The position numbers and the translations under genes were made by a program. Below are positions 1 to 12,839 of a stretch of 64,000 bases of DNA, piece after piece; position 1 is the first letter of the stretch; every line of letters begins with the position of its first letter. Origin of the DNA: the human T2T-CHM13v2.0 reference genome, Homo sapiens; NCBI RefSeq assembly GCF_009914755.1, contig NC_060947.1; one strand, 5' to 3'. A model generated the notes under the pieces. The model saw only the letters and a list, made by a program, of their open reading frames with translations. It was not told the DNA's origin and ran no database searches.

Positions 1-110
1 AATTATTTTACTAATTCCACTCTGATTTGTATAGTTTCTTAGGAAATGTTAGATGTAATTTTTATCATATTCCCTCATACTCTGTAAGTAAGTTCCCCAC
101 CATCCAGCTT

Positions 111-3100
111 CTTTTTGTTGTTGCTTTTGTTTTGTGAGTATACAGTGTGTATATATATTTATAGCTTATTTGAGATATTTTGATACGGTCATGCAATGCA
201 TAATAATCACATCAGGATAAATGGGGTATCCATCACCTCAAGTATTTATCCTTTTTGTTACAATCAAATTACACTCTTTTAGCTATTTTATTTTATTTCA
301 CTTTTATGTTCTTATTTTTTATTTTTTGGAGGGAATCCATCACCTGAAGCATTTATCCTTTGTATCACAAATAATCCAATTACAGCATTTCAGTTATTTT
401 AAGGTGTACAATTGTATCATTTTTGAATATAGTCATCCTGTGTGCTAGCAAATACTAGGTCTCATTCATCCTTTCTTACTATATTTTATAACCATTAAAC
501 ATTTCTACTTTTCCACCATCATCCCATTACTCTTCCCGGCCTCTGTGTTCCATCATTCTAGTTTCTATCAATATGAATTTAATTATTTTAATCTTTAGCT
601 CCAAATAAGTGAGAATATGAAAAGTTTGTCTTTCTGTGTCTGACTTATTTCACTTAACATGACCATCAATTCCATCCATGTTGTAGCAAGTGACAGAATT
701 TCACTCTTTTCATGACTGACTAGTACTCCATTGTGTACATGCACCGCATTTTCTTTATGCATTCATCTGTTGATGGACACTTAGGTCGCTTTCAAATCTT
801 GGTTATTGTGAAGAGCACTGCAATAAACATGGGAGTGCACATATCTCTTCAATATACTAATTTCCTTTCTTTTGGGTACATACCTAGCAGTGAGATATCT
901 GGATCACAGTAACTCTATTTTTTATTATTTTGAAGAACCTCCAAACTGTTTCCCAGGTTGGTTGTAATAATTAACATTCCCAGCAACAGCGTATGAGGCT
1001 TCCCTTTTCTTCACATCCTTGCCAGCATCCTTTTCTTCACATTCTTGCCTATCTTTTGGATAAAAGCCATTTTAACTGGAGTGAGATAATATCTCATTGT
1101 AGTTTGGAGTTGCATTTTTCTGATGATGAATGATGTTGAGAACGTTTTCATATGCCTTTTTGCCATTTATGTGTCTTCATTTGAGAAATGTCTTTTCAGA
1201 TCTTTTGCCCATTTTTTAAATTGGATTATTACATTTTTTTCTATAAAGTTGTTTCAGCTTCTTAGATATTCTGGTTATTAATCCCTTGTCAGATGGGTAG
1301 TTTGCAAATATTTTCTCCCATTCTTTGGGCAGTCTCTTCATTTGTTGATAGTTTCCTTTTCTGTGCAGAAGCTTTGTAACTTGATGTGATCCGATTTGTC
1401 CATTTTTGTTTTGGTTGCCTTTGCTTGTGGCAAGGATTCTTTGCCAAGTCCAATGTCCTGGAGAGTTTCCACAATGCTTCTTTTAGTAGTTTCATAGTTT
1501 CAGGTCTTAGATTTAAGTGTTTAATACATTTGACTTGACGTTTGTATGTGGTGAGAGATAGGAGTCTAGTTTCATTCTTCTGCATATGAATGTGTACTTT
1601 TCCCAGCACCATTTATAGAAGAGACTGTCCTTTCCCCAATGTATGTTCTTGGCACCTTTGTTTAATATGAGTTAACTGTAGATGTGTGGATTTATCTATG
1701 GGTTCCCTATTCTATTCCACTGATGTATGTGTCTCTCATCATCAAATACCATGCTTCTTTGGGTACTATAGCCTGTAGTATAATTTCAAGTCAGGTAATG
1801 TGATTTCTTTAGTTTTATATTTTTTGCTTAGAATAGTTTTGGTTACTCTGGGTATTCTCTGGTTTCACATACATTTTAGGATGGATTTCTGCTATTATTG
1901 TGAAGAATGTCATTCGTGTTTTCACAGGGATTGCATTAAATCTGTAGATTGCTTTGGATAGTGTAAACATTTTTAACAATATCGAATCCTCTGACCTATG
2001 AACGTAGAATATCTTTCCATTTTTGTGTGTCTTCTTCAATTTATTTTATCGAGGTTTTATAATTTTCAGTGTAGAGGATTTTCACTTTCGTTATTTCCTG
2101 TGTATTTAATTTAACTGGTAGCTATTGTAAATGGAGTTACTTTTCTGATTTCTTTTTCATATTGTTCATTGTTGGCATATAGAATGCTTTTTCTTTGTTG
2201 ATTTTGTATCCTGAAACTTTACTGTTTATCAGTTTTAATAGTTTTATAGTGGGGTCATTAGTTTTTTTAATTTAAAATCATATCATCTACAAATAAAGAT
2301 AATGTGATTTCTTCCTTTCCAATTTGGTTGCTCGTCATTTTTTTCTCTTGTATGACTGCTCCAGCTACGATTTGCAGAACTGTGTTGAAAAACAGTGGGG
2401 AAAGTAGGCATCCTAGTTGTGTTCCTGATCATAGAGAAAAGGCTTTCACTTTTTTCCTATTTCGTCTGATACTAGCTATGGGTCTGTATTATATGGCTTT
2501 CATTCTGTTGAGGTACATCCCTTCTATACTGTGTTTATTGAAGGTTTTTAATCATGAAGGGATGTTAATTTTTTTAAGTGATTTTTCAGTATTAATTGAA
2601 ATGATCATATGATTTTTGTCTTATATTTTGTTTATATGACGTATCACATTAACTGATTCACATATGTCGAACAATCCTTTCATCCCTGGGATAAATCCCA
2701 CTTGGTCATGAGAAACGATCTTTTTAATGGGTTGTAAAGTTCGGTTTGCTAGTATTCTATTGAGGAATTTTGCTCAATATTCACCAGTGATATTGTCCTA
2801 TAGTGTTCTTTTTCAGATGTGTCTTAGTCTGATTTTGGTATCAGGGTAATACTGGCTTTATAGAATGAGTTTGGAAATATTCCCTACTCCTCCAATTTTT
2901 TTTTGAAATAGTTTAAGGAGGTTCTTTAAATGTTTGTTAGAATTTAGCAGTGAAGCCATCAAATCCTGGGTAGAAGATTTTCTATTATGGCTTTGATCTG
3001 ACTACTTTTTTATTGGTCTGTTCAGGTTTTGTATTTCTTCATGATTCAAATTTGGTAGATTGTATGTGTCTAGGAATTTATCTATTTCTTCTAGATTTTC

Positions 3101-6100
3101 CAATTTATTGGCATATAGTTGTTCATACTAGCCACTAATGATCCTTTGAATTTTGGTGGTATCTGCTGTAATGTCTCCTTTTTCATCTCTAATTTTACTT
3201 ATTTGGGTCTTTCCTTTTCTTAGTCTGGGTAAAGGTTTGTCAATTTTCTTTATCTTTTCAAAAAGTCAACTTTTTGTTTTATTGTTCTTTTGTATTTTTT
3301 TCTTTAATTAATTGATTTCTTCTGCAACATTCATTATTTCTATTTTTCTACTAATTTTGAATTTAGTTTGCTCTTGACTTCCAGTTTTTTATAATACATT
3401 ACTAGGTTGATTATTTGAAGTTTTTCTTCTTTTATAATGTAGGAATTTGTAGCTATAAACTTTACTCTTAGTACTGCTTTTACTATATCCCATAAGCCTT
3501 GGTGTTGTGTTTCTATTAGTTGTTTCAAGAAATTTTTGAATTTCCTTTGTAATTTTTTATTGAATTACTGCTTATTCAGGAACATACTGGTTAATTTCCA
3601 CGTGTTTGTATGGTTTCAGAAATTCCTCTTGTTATCAATTTCTAGTTTTATTCCATTGGGATCAGAGAAGATGCTTGATATATTTCAAATTTTTGAATAT
3701 TTTAAGACTTTTTTTGTGACCTAATGTATGGTCCATACTTGTGAAGAAGACCTTTTTGTGTTGCATCTATTTGAGGATTTCGGAGCATCCTATATCTATA
3801 TGTCTAAGCCACTTGTGAGATTTGGGAAGATTCCAGCTAGTATTTTGTTACATGGGTTTTCTATGCATTTGACCTTCTTTTTGTTTTCTGGAATACAAAA
3901 AAAAAATTAAATATTCAGTCATTCTATGGTGTTTTATATGTCAGAGAGGTTTGGATTATTCTTTATTATTTTTTCTTTTTCTTTATTTTTTTTTCTGATT
4001 GGGTTGTTTTAAAATACCCATCTTTTAGTTTTCTAATTATTTCTTCTGCTTTATCGAGTATTTTGTTGGAGCTCTCAAATGTATTTTTTTTTCCTATTGA
4101 GTTTATTAGGTCCATGATTTTTAAAATAGTATCTATTTCTTTGGTGAATTTATCATTGATATTCTGAATTGTTTTTCTGATTTCTTTGTATTGTTTACCT
4201 GTGTTCTCTTTATCTCACTAAGTTCTTTAATGTCATATTTTTGAATTCATTTTCTGTCACTTCATAATTTTTATTGGAATCTATTTCTGGAGAATTATTG
4301 TGTTTTTTGGAGGAGTCATATTTCAATGCTTTTTCATGTTTCTTGTTTCCTTACATTAATATCTGTTCATCTAATGTAATAATCATTTCTTCTAAGTTTT
4401 TAGATTGACTTTTGTGAACGACTTTTTCCTGAAAATACACCTATGGCGAAGGTTGGGTAGAATACTTTAGCTTTGATTCTATATGCATGGAATAGTGCAG
4501 CCTCCATATAATTTATCCTGCTATAAGCAGTGTCAGTGGCATCTGTGATTTCTTCATTGGCTTGGTTTGTTTGTTAGTGGAGGCTGTGGCAAGACTTTGC
4601 TGGGAATGGGGGCAGCAGGTGAGCCAATCCGGTGATGGCAGTGGTGGGCTAAGTGTGTCTGTCCTTAGGCCCCAGTGCTGTCTGCAGGGGCATTGGTGTT
4701 AGTGGGTTTAGGTGGGCCAATTCCTAGGCCTCTAGGCACATTTCTCAGGTGCTGGCAGTTGCAGTAGTGGGCCAAGCAGGTGGGCAGGACCTCAGGCCCG
4801 TGGGCAATGTCCTTAACATGAACGATGGTAGTAGCAGTGTCGGGATAACAGTTGGGCTCTCAGGTGGCACACACTAATATTAACAGAGGTTTTGATTAGC
4901 TGTTTTGGCCAATCTCCAGGCCCCCAGTTGGAGTGTGTAGGTGTGTGACAGTGTTGGTAGCAGGAGGCTGAATGGACTCCTCCTCATTTTCCTGAGAGGA
5001 GTGCATAGATGGTGTTGGACTGGGATGGTGATCCCTAGACCTCTGTCAGTATATTCAGGCACTGGGGATGGTGCTGGTAGGCCAGGCAGGTTTGTCCTCA
5101 GGACCCCTGGCGGTGCACATGAGCACAGGCTGTGATGAGCAGGGTGGGGCAACCCATAGTAGTGGGTGGAAACAGGCTGACCTCAGTGCAATCTAAGTGC
5201 ATAGCAGCCATGCTGCTGGAGGGAATGGGGTTGCTGTCAGTGAGGGCAGCCCCAGGCAGGCAAGCAGCTTTCAGGCTCTGAGGAGCATGTACTTCAGCCC
5301 TAGAGACAGTGGAGGCAGTGGCAGTGTGTGGGGAGAGCCTGTCTTCAGCGCATGCGTTAGTGTACAGCAGCTGCGCTACTGGTAGAAGAGAGGCTGCTAT
5401 CAGTGGGAGTGGCCCCAGATAGGTGGGTGGCTTTCAGGCTCTGAAGAGCACATACTTTGGCCCTTGACAGCAGCAGTGGCCATGGCAGTGTGTGTGGACA
5501 CTGTCCTTAGGAAACTTGCTAGTGTGCAGTCACCTAGATGCTTATGGGGTTGGGGTTGCTCTTAGCAGCCTCAGGCAGGCAAATCTCAGGCTCTGGAGAC
5601 CACATGCTTTGGCTTCCTTTGTCGTAGGGACAGTCTCCCCAGGGCACTGTACTGCCTTTTTCCCAGGGTGCAGGACTCTGTGTGGGCTAGAGTGCTGGGG
5701 ACCCTTCTGCACTGTAGGGTCCAGCCAGAATTGTGCCTCTGCAGTCCTCCAGGTGTATGTGGGGGAATGTCTGTGGGGCTCTGAAGATGTGGAGATGCTG
5801 GTTCTGCTGGGCCTGAAGGCAAACTATAATCAGGTGGGGACTAGATTCTCAAAATGGGACAGGCATGTAGCTGCTTAAATCTCAAGCGGTGTGTGGGACC
5901 AGGTGTAAGTTCCCCATCTGGAGCACTACCATCACATGGACTCCAGGCAGCTCCTTATTTTAGGCTCAGGGCCTGTAAGGGTCAAGGGGCTCTCCAATGG
6001 TTAGGGGTTTAGGAATCCATAGTGGAAATATGAACCACTGGGAATCTCTCACTTACTCCTTCCCTGAACTGGAGAGCATCTCCAGGCTCCTGGACAATTC

Positions 6101-6283
6101 TGGCTGAGCTGTCTGTCTTACTTCCCTCTTCCATCCCTCAGGTGTTTACTGTCACATCTCTGCTGAATTTTAGTGCTCTTTCTTAGATGCTCTATTTAAA
6201 TTAGGACTATCTTTTCACAATTTTTGTTATTTGTGGAGGAGGTGAGTATCTGATTTCTCTAGTCAGCTATCTTGAACCCTCCC
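111..6283 (-). mobile_element. LINE-1, L1MA3-like, 5' and 3' ends present, internal deletion near 3745
   Basis: T-rich tail and L1MA 3'UTR at about 111-900. ORF2 remnants in the minus-strand ORFs 1289..1612, 1815..2039 (KAIYRFNAIPVK) and 3340..3528. ORF1-type sequence about 3745-4440, GC-rich 5'UTR about 4440-6283, ending in GCTATCTTG (reverse of the L1 CAAGATGGC-like start). Confidence 0.88.
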
Positions 6284-7529
6284 CACAAGCCATATTTTGA
6301 CATGAAGTAAATGTGTAGTTAAAAATAAAGTCTACATTTATGTTATATTATCAAATTGTATTGACTGTGTACTTATAATGCGTGGATATGTGTTCTTGAG
6401 AAAAATTGTAATATCAAGTGTCTGGTGATAGTATCATGTCATAAGAGAAAATACTTTTTAAAGATGATTACCTTGTCATTGAGTTAAATAAGAGGCAGAA
6501 ATTTTCTCAATTGAACTCCATATGCTTAAATCAGAATTTGAATGTGCTTGAGTATACATTCCTTATCTAGAACACTACAGTGCATTTTCTTATTTCCTCA
6601 AATCCATTGCCTTGCCTACATGGTTATGAGTACCTGTTTGAGGGATTTGTATTCTTGGGAGTGGGTAATATTTATGATTACTTAATCACTTTATATAAAT
6701 ATATAAACTTAGGGAGGGAGAGATTCAGTCAGGTGAATCAAGAGTCATGAAGACTAATGGTATCATCGGTTTTATTCCTATTCCTCCTAGTGCTATAATA
6801 TATGTTCTGTCTACCTGACTTACAAGCTACTGGAGCAGAGCTGGAGTTTGCAATAGGTATAACTGTAATTAAATAGTCAGTCTCAAAGCAACCTGTCAGT
6901 AGTTTCAGGATGGAGGGGAATGTTTTGTTGTTGTGGTCACTATCTCTATAAGGTACACCAATTTTATTTTGAATGAAATACTTGAGACAAAGGACCACTG
7001 AGAATGATTAATAGCTTGAGAAGAAAATTTTCCTTCTTTGAGTGACCCTGAGTGCTATTATCCTTTCTCAGATCAGCAACAACCTTGCATTGTTTTCACT
7101 GAGTACGGGGATGTGACCCACATCAAATGTAATCATGATGATGGCTGATTTTCTCCTGAATAAGTGACAGTAATACTAAATCAGTCATTTTTTCTGACTC
7201 ATGAACATACAAACAATTTGGGTTTTATTTCCATTTCCTCTGTCTGAAAATGTCAGGCATCAAAATCAGCTTTTATGCTTTAGACCTACATCCACTCATT
7301 GATCATATTTATCTGAAAAATAATGAGCACCGTGTACCTTTATTTATTCCAGTTATTCACTCTGAACAGTTTCCAAGCTGACTTAGAGATATTGAAGTGA
7401 AGCTATGAGAAGTTAAATAATTAAAGTGAGAATTTAGACTTTTTTATTTTTCTTGCTCCTTCTCTCAGTAAACACACATTTTTCAATCACTTCTCCCTTC
7501 AGGAGGTTATTAATTTCAGGTTCTCCAAA

Positions 7530-8420
7530 TAGTGTGAAGTAGGGATTCAAATTCACGCTTTTGCATGTAGATATCTAGTGGTACCTAAACAATGTGCTCT
7601 TTTCCCATGGAATTATTTTGGTGTAGTTGTCAAAAATTGATCATAAATGTAAGAGTTTGTTTCTATACCCTAATTTCTAATTATTGATATATATTTATAC
7701 CTTCATGCTAGTATTACAAATAAGTGATGACTATAGTTTTATAGTTGACTGTGACTTTTCAATTTGTTTTTTCTTTTTCAAGATTGTTTTGGCTGTTATG
7801 AGTGTCTTGAATTTTCATATAAATTTTAGGAGCATCTGACAATTTCTGCAAAAAAAAGCAAGATGTGATTTTGATTGGATTTGTATTTAATCTATAGACC
7901 AACTTGGGCAATATTATGGTAACGATATTGTTTTCTGTTCTATAAACATAGTATGACTTTTACTTCTTTTATACTTTTCAGTACTAAAGTGTTGTGCTTC
8001 TTTCACTAAGTTTTTAGTTGGACATAGAGAGTAGAAGTATGGTTATCAGAAGAATTTTATTCTTTTGATGCTGTTGTAAAGTAAGTCATTTCCTTAATTT
8101 TATTTTCTAATTACTCAATCAAAATATTTCTAATTACTCAATCAAAACAGAAATACAATTGATATTTGTATATTGATCCTGTGTTCTGACAAAGATTGTG
8201 AACTTTCTTATTATTTCTAATAGATATTTAGTATATTCCTTGGGATCTTCTCTACATAAGATGCTATTATTCGAAAATAAAATTGTTTTAAGTCTTCATT
8301 TTCAATCTAAATGGTATTTACTTATTTATTATTTATTTATTTCCCAAACTGGCCTTGCTAGAACCTAAAATCCAATGTTGAATAAAAGTCACAAATGTGG
8401 ACACATTTATGTTTCTTCTT
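7530..8420 (-). mobile_element. Old L1M ORF2 fragment
   Basis: Degenerate antisense ORF2 motifs, e.g. TTCAAGATTGTTTTGGCT and GATTTTGATTGGATTTGTATTTAATCTATAGA. Confidence 0.75.
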
Positions 8421-10760
8421 CTGGATATGAGGTATCATCTGTTATTATTTATATCCTTAATACAATCCATCTTTGTTCCTACCTTTCTTCTTGTATTAAT
8501 ATTGTTACATAAATTATATTTCCACGTATTATAGGTTCAATAAGTAAATTATATATTGTTTTATGTAGTTGCTCTTCAAATAAGAGAAGAAAGAAGATTA
8601 TACAACTATACCATTTTCTCTAATTAATTACGTAATTATTTTTTACCAGTGCCTTTTGTATGAAGATTCAAATTACTCTATAATTATCAGTTCTTCACCC
8701 TAAATAACTTTCTTTACTATTTCTCATAAGATAGGTGTGCTAGAAATGAATTATGTCAATTTTTCCATGACAGATAAAGGCCTTATTTTGCCAAAACATT
8801 CCTGATTGATTGGTTGACAGTTTTTGTTTTGTTTAGTTTTGTTTTACTTTTAGCACATTGAATATATTGTCACAATGCCTCTAGCTTCTATTATTTCTGA
8901 TGGAAAGTCAGATACTGTTCTTATATTTTACATGATGTATTATTTTTCTCTTGTTGACTTCAATAATTACTCTTTGTCTGTCAATATTTTTATAATGAGT
9001 TTTCTGAGTGTGGATGTTCTCATATTTATCCTACCTGGAATTTGTTGAGATTTGTAAATGTCTAAATTAATATTTTTCATGCAATTTTGAAATGTTTCAG
9101 TCATTATTTTCTCAAACATTTTTCTGTCTCTTGTTCCCTCTTCTCTTCTTCTAGTACATTCATTATGTATACCTTAGTATGCTTAATGCCCCACCATATT
9201 TCCCTGACACTGCCATTTTTCAACATTTTTCCTCTCTGTTTTTCAGAATACTGATCTCTAACAATCTATCTTCAAGTTCACTGATTGATTCTCATGACAG
9301 CTCAAATCTATTAAACTTTCTAGTTCTTTTTTTTTTCATTTTGGTTGTTATATTTTTCACCTGTAATATTTCAACTAAATCCTTTTTAATTATTTCCATT
9401 TTTGATATATTTTATCTGGTGAAATACTATCAACATACATTCCTTCAAAATTTTAACTTTTTTTTTCTTTAGCTTTGTGGGCATAGTTATAATAGCTTCT
9501 TTGAAAATATTTTCTGATAAGTTGCCATGTTTCTATCCCTCAAAGTCTATTTCTTTTGCATGGCTTTTTCCCTATGTATCAGTCTCATTTTCCTGTTTAT
9601 TGAAACATTTTTTTGGTTGAAATAAGGACATTTTAGAGAACACAGTTTATCTAGAATTGTTACAACTGATTATCTAAAATGTCTAATTTGTAATAAAAAT
9701 TGGAATTTCAAAGCAACAGGAAAGGTAACGGGATTACTGTAATATTTTTGTATGTTTTTGTTTTGTTGTTTGTTTAATGACTTGGCTTAGTTAATTCTGA
9801 AAAATATATTTTCTTCACAGTAAGAAGAATCTGATGTTCCTACTAATATTTTCTCCATTTTTATCTTTTAGCATGGTTACCTAGTGTTACCACTAGGTCA
9901 GCTTATACCACTTATTAGTAAAAGGTTGTGCTCTTAGCCTGCTAGATTTTTAATTTTTGCCTTTAGCTGTGTGTGTGTGTGTGTGTGTGTGCATGCGCAT
10001 GTGCATGTGGCTTAAAAGTCTCTATCACAATTCATGAAGATTATGTTACGTATGTTTACCTCATATTCATTCAGAGACTAGTAGCTTGAGGTTTCCTTCT
10101 CTGATAGCTCCTGAGTAGATATTTTCTTTGCCAGGATTACCATGATATTGCTTTTAAGTCTGGCATCCAAAGAGTCTTTCATGGGTCAAAGTAGCTTTTG
10201 GTTTAGTGCTTTGACAGAGATTGTTTTAAAGCCTGTCATGTCAATGTGGATTCTATCATGGGTTTTTTGAGTATGTGTGTAGCTTGGGGAATAATTTCAA
10301 TTCTGCACCACAACTTGCTTTGGCTGCTGCTCAGTAGGTGCTCAGGGTCAACACTCAGAATTGACCCTGATATCAGGAGGGCTCTTTTGGGGTGTCTTTT
10401 TTCCTGGTTCTCTTCACTGAATCTCTGACTGCTTTGACATTTTGCCTTCTCAAGAAGCTATCACCCTCCTTTTAAATGTTCTTTACCAAGACTTTTATTG
10501 TTTACTACCATGTCCCTAAGCATATAGTTCTCCACTCTCTGTTTCAAATAAAATTAGTCTCCTCAGGCATAGATGCTGTGCTATTATCCCTTACATCCTT
10601 CCTTTCCACCTCAGCAGAACCCCTGCAACAACTGTCTTAAAGTTGGGATGGGGGTCTGCTTTACCTGGGGTCGTATCCACAGTGTACAAATGAGCACTCT
10701 GTGGGAGGATTTCCCCTGGTCTTTTAGGTTGTCCCTCCTGTTGTGGAACCTCCACCCTAC
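8420..10760 (-). mobile_element. Old L1M (L1MC/MD-type) ORF1 and 5' region
   Basis: Antisense ORF1-like motifs at 8870-9400 (CTTCAAGTTCACTGATT, ATGTCTAAATTAATATTTTTCAT), followed by degenerate 5'UTR-like sequence. Confidence 0.6.
9969..9991. repeat. (TG)n microsatellite
   Basis: Direct TG run. Confidence 0.95.
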
Positions 10761-10980
10761 TAACAGTGTTAGGAGCAATTGTGTATACCTCTCTAAGTCT
10801 AATTCTATTCCAAATAATGATTTAAAATGTATAATATGAAGCATTTTCAATTTTTGAAATTGGACTAAACTTTAAGGCAAGTGTAACTGGTACCTTTACT
10901 CTAATAGAGGCTTCTCAACTAATTTGAAAACATTGCCCTGCATACTGTCGTCCAGTGCTATCAGCCTAACAGAAGATTTC

Positions 10981-11138
10981 CTTTTTTTCTGTATTTCTTC
11001 TAAAACAACAACAACAACAAAACACAAAAAGGATACATGTGCAGAACGTGGAGGGTTGTTACATATGTATGTGTTTGCCATGGTGGTTTGCTGCATCTAT
11101 TGACCCATCCTCCGCATTCCCTCTCCTCACTCCCCCAG
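10981..11138 (-). mobile_element. Severely 5'-truncated L1PA8-like 3' end
   Basis: GGATACATGTGCAGAACGTG...GCCATGGTGGTTTGCTGCA. TSD CAGAAGAT at 10970-10977 and 11139-11146. Confidence 0.85.
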
Positions 11139-12549
11139 CAGAAGATATCTACTTTCCAGTGAGGAATAAGAAATTTAAAAATGAGATGGGTTAAGATGCA
11201 AACTTTTTATGTTATCAATCAAAATGTGTATATTTTCATTTTCATATTTTGTGCTTATAAAAAGGTGATTTTATTATTTCTCAAAAAGATAAAAATAATG
11301 TTTATAAAATCAGTAGTTCATCATTACCAATATGGTCCTAAAATTGAAAAAAAAATTAAAAAGTCTTTTAAGTGTCTTTAGTACGCTGTGAAACACCAAA
11401 GAGATTTTCAGATAGGTTCACAAACAACTAAAAATTCTGTATCAATCTGCTATCAAAGAATTAAAACAAATTTTGTTAGTTGAAAACCAAGTACAGAAAG
11501 AGAATGTTTCTGTGTGTTCTTACTCAATCTGCAGATATGACTCACTAAAATATAAAATATATAATTATGTTGACTAAAATTATGAATATCATAAATTATT
11601 TCTTGCAAAAAAGTGAGGAATAAATAAGTAAGAAAGCCATGTGCAATTGATGTCTGTAGCTTAGTCCTGATACAACTGTTTAAGTAGAGACTTCACATTT
11701 TTGCTGTAAAAGTAAATATATTTTTTCTTACACCTGCCCTGCTATGGTGTTGGTTAGAATTAGCAGGAGTTTTTGAAGTGTGATGCAGAGCATTAACTTG
11801 ATTTGGCAAGTTTGCATGTGAATAAGTATTTAGGAAGACCTGACAATTGGAGAGAAGTGGGAAAGACAAATTGTTCACAGAATTGAAGAAACCAGGCATA
11901 GATACTCTTTTAATAAAAAGATAAACATTTGGAGAAATGTTGTGGCTTTAGTTAACAGTTTGCTAATGTTGAGGTTTAAATTTCTAGAACCGCTCTTGGG
12001 CAATAAGTATCTCATTAATACAAAGTACAAAGTGTCAAACTCATATTGCTTTTATAATAGTGGTGGAATGGATCAAGAACACAGAGTAAATAGTTTGCAA
12101 TGTGCTAAAAAAAAGAAACCGAAGCCTACGTCTTAAGTTATGGCAAGGCAATCAAATGTTTGATGGTGCTTTTCTTTATACTGAGGCAAGAAAACTGGGT
12201 AAAGTCTTTCATTGGCCTGCTATAAAATGACATTTCAGCTAGCAATTTGTTCAGTGTAGGCACAATTATATCCTCTCTCCATTATTAGTAACCTTAGGGA
12301 GTGTTTAAAGGATAAGTGTCTCTCATTCCTTTCAGAGTAGAAAGAAAAAAAAAAGAGCCAGTTCGTGTGCTTTCTTGAGAAAAGCCTAAGAGTAAATGCA
12401 TTCAGGAAAACACAACTCATTACAGAAGAAATGTTCCAAGCTAATGTCACTATCTTGATGAAATAATGAAAAGTAGAGAATAAACTCAGATGACCATTAA
12501 TGGCCCACATCTAAGGTAAGTAAAAGATCATATTCTAGTTGTCTGGATC

Positions 12550-12839
12550 TTTTTTTGGAGATGGAGTCTCACTCTGTCACCCAGGCTGGAGTGTAGTGGT
12601 GCAGTGTTGGCTCACTACAACCTCTGCCTCCCGGGTTCAAACAATTCTCCTGCCTCAGCCTCCTGAGTAGCTGGGACTACAGGCATATGTCGCCATGCCT
12701 GGCTAATGTTTTATATTTTAGTAGAGACAGGGTTTCACCATGTTGCCCAGGCTGGTCTTGAACTCCTGAGCTCAGGTAATTCACCTGCCTCAGCCTCCCA
12801 AAGTGCTAGGATTACAGGCGTGAGCCACCACTCCCAGTC
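12550..12839 (-). mobile_element. AluS (Sg7-like diagnostics)
   Basis: Dimeric Alu on the minus strand with CCTGAGCTCAGG and GTGCTAGGATTAC. TSD TGTCTGGATCTTTTT at 12540 and 12840. Confidence 0.95.

Noticed and set aside
12511-12521. Isolated strong splice donor AAG|GTAAGT
   Set aside because: No convincing acceptor or reading frame; such 9-mers occur by chance.
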